From a bacterium (GTDB taxonomy: Bacteria; Patescibacteriota; Saccharimonadia; Saccharimonadales; SZUA-47), in contig JAUIBQ010000003.1 in assembly GCA_030427445.1 (NCBI GenBank), forward strand, positions 1,931-65,930: a stretch of DNA of 64,000 nucleotides, in the 5' to 3' direction. Shown in pieces: positions 63,199-64,000 of the stretch (position 1 is its first letter; the number at the start of each line of letters is the position of its first letter). Under the pieces are notes generated by a model. The model was not told where the DNA came from and searched no databases. It saw only the letters and a program-made list of their open reading frames with translations. A program made the position numbers and the translations under genes.

Positions 63199-64000
63199 TT
63201 ACTTACGACGAGTAGTTTTGGTGACATACTTTCGGTACATGAACCATGCAAGTACACCGATTAAGAACAATGTTCCGAGCACTGCTGCTATAAACCACAC
63301 TGGAAGGTACCAGAAAGTGCCTTCAACATTAAACAATGCTCCAGATGAACCGTGTGAGATACTTCCTCTTATAGTGTATCTTCCAGGCCAAGTTATAGGT
63401 GAGGACTCTTCAGTTACTTGCTCACCATTGACTGTAGATACTTCAACGTTTACAAATGGCTCTTCAAACCGTCGTGTTGATTCAGGAAGAACATTTTGTC
63501 GTGGAGGACCATCGTTAAGCTCATACTCGAATACGTCATTTCCTCGCCAGTCTTCGACTTGAACTTTACCGAATGGCTGTGAGAATCCGTTGCCAAGGTT
63601 ATTGATTGTAATTCCAAGAACATCAGGTTTCTTAGTGAAAATTGTACCTGATTTTAATCCTTCGTTAGAGTTTAAGTATGCCTTTACTTCAGTGATTTCA
63701 ATTTTTTCAGTGATATCACCAGGAACTTCTAGCAGTACAAGTGAACCGACAGATGCCACTAGCGCTACCTGGCCATCGCCTCTTTGACCTTGTGGTGATG
63801 CACGGTACTCTATTGATCCGAAGTAAGCTCCAGGAGCTGCGTTATCGCTTACAGTGACAGGGAATGAAACTTCTTTCTCTTCTCCTGGCTCTAGGTCAAA
63901 ACTCTCAGGAACTGTTACAAATTCTCGTAGTGAGTACTGACTCACTGAGCTATCATCAGCTAAGAATTGTGGCTGGTTTGTTACACCATCTGACTCAAAG
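63199..64000 (-). CDS. Surface protein, DUF916/WxL-interacting-like (5' end beyond window)
   Basis: L.PGE..EV.F...V...A.PG..G.I, N.GN, C-terminal TM plus basic tail; frame open to the window edge. Confidence 0.65.
   Translation of the reverse strand, partial: FESDGVTNQPQFLADDSSVSQYSLREFVTVPESFDLEPGEEKEVSFPVTVSDNAAPGAYFGSIEYRASPQGQRGDGQVALVASVGSLVLLEVPGDITEKIEITEVKAYLNSNEGLKSGTIFTKKPDVLGITINNLGNGFSQPFGKVQVEDWRGNDVFEYELNDGPPRQNVLPESTRRFEEPFVNVEVSTVNGEQVTEESSPITWPGRYTIRGSISHGSSGALFNVEGTFWYLPVWFIAAVLGTLFLIGVLAWFMYRKYVTKTTRRK

Overview
A gene-dense window, mostly on the minus strand, from a small-genome bacterium. Gene content suggests Patescibacteria/CPR, probably Saccharibacteria-like; this is inferred from the C-terminally short AlaRS, the FtsA-like plus baseplate-J-like gene pair, paired Mur ligases and many orphan ORFs. 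The housekeeping backbone covers cell wall (ddl, two Mur ligases, L,D-transpeptidase, mltG, LysM/CHAP), DNA repair (ligA, uvrA, uvrC, sbcB, class II photolyase), translation (alaS, mnmA, trhO, rplY, obgE) and three tRNAs (Ala-GGC, Leu-GAG, Val-TAC). The standout is an ~8.8 kb NAD salvage / ADP-ribose recycling island (8036-16809): nadD, nadE, nrtR, ADP-ribosylglycohydrolase, histidine phosphatase, pncA, pncB, a NUDT9-like Nudix and an APH-fold kinase. It is driven by two bidirectional sigma70 promoters, each overlapped by two GT-N7-AC NrtR-type operators, and no PRPP synthetase is present in the window. Non-coding highlights: a stand-alone ~110 nt structured RNA candidate with its own promoter and terminator (7372-7485); an Ala-rich leader peptide upstream of alaS; a probable AUU start with a long structured 5' UTR for the LysM/CHAP gene; a tRNA-Val 3'-end duplication enclosing a structured element; a 24 bp repeat 2 nt after two unrelated stop codons; a perfect CRP-type palindrome at -41.5; widespread apparently leaderless starts. 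LigA, UvrA and UvrC all lack Cys metal-binding motifs. All calls come from reading motifs by eye; no database searches were run.
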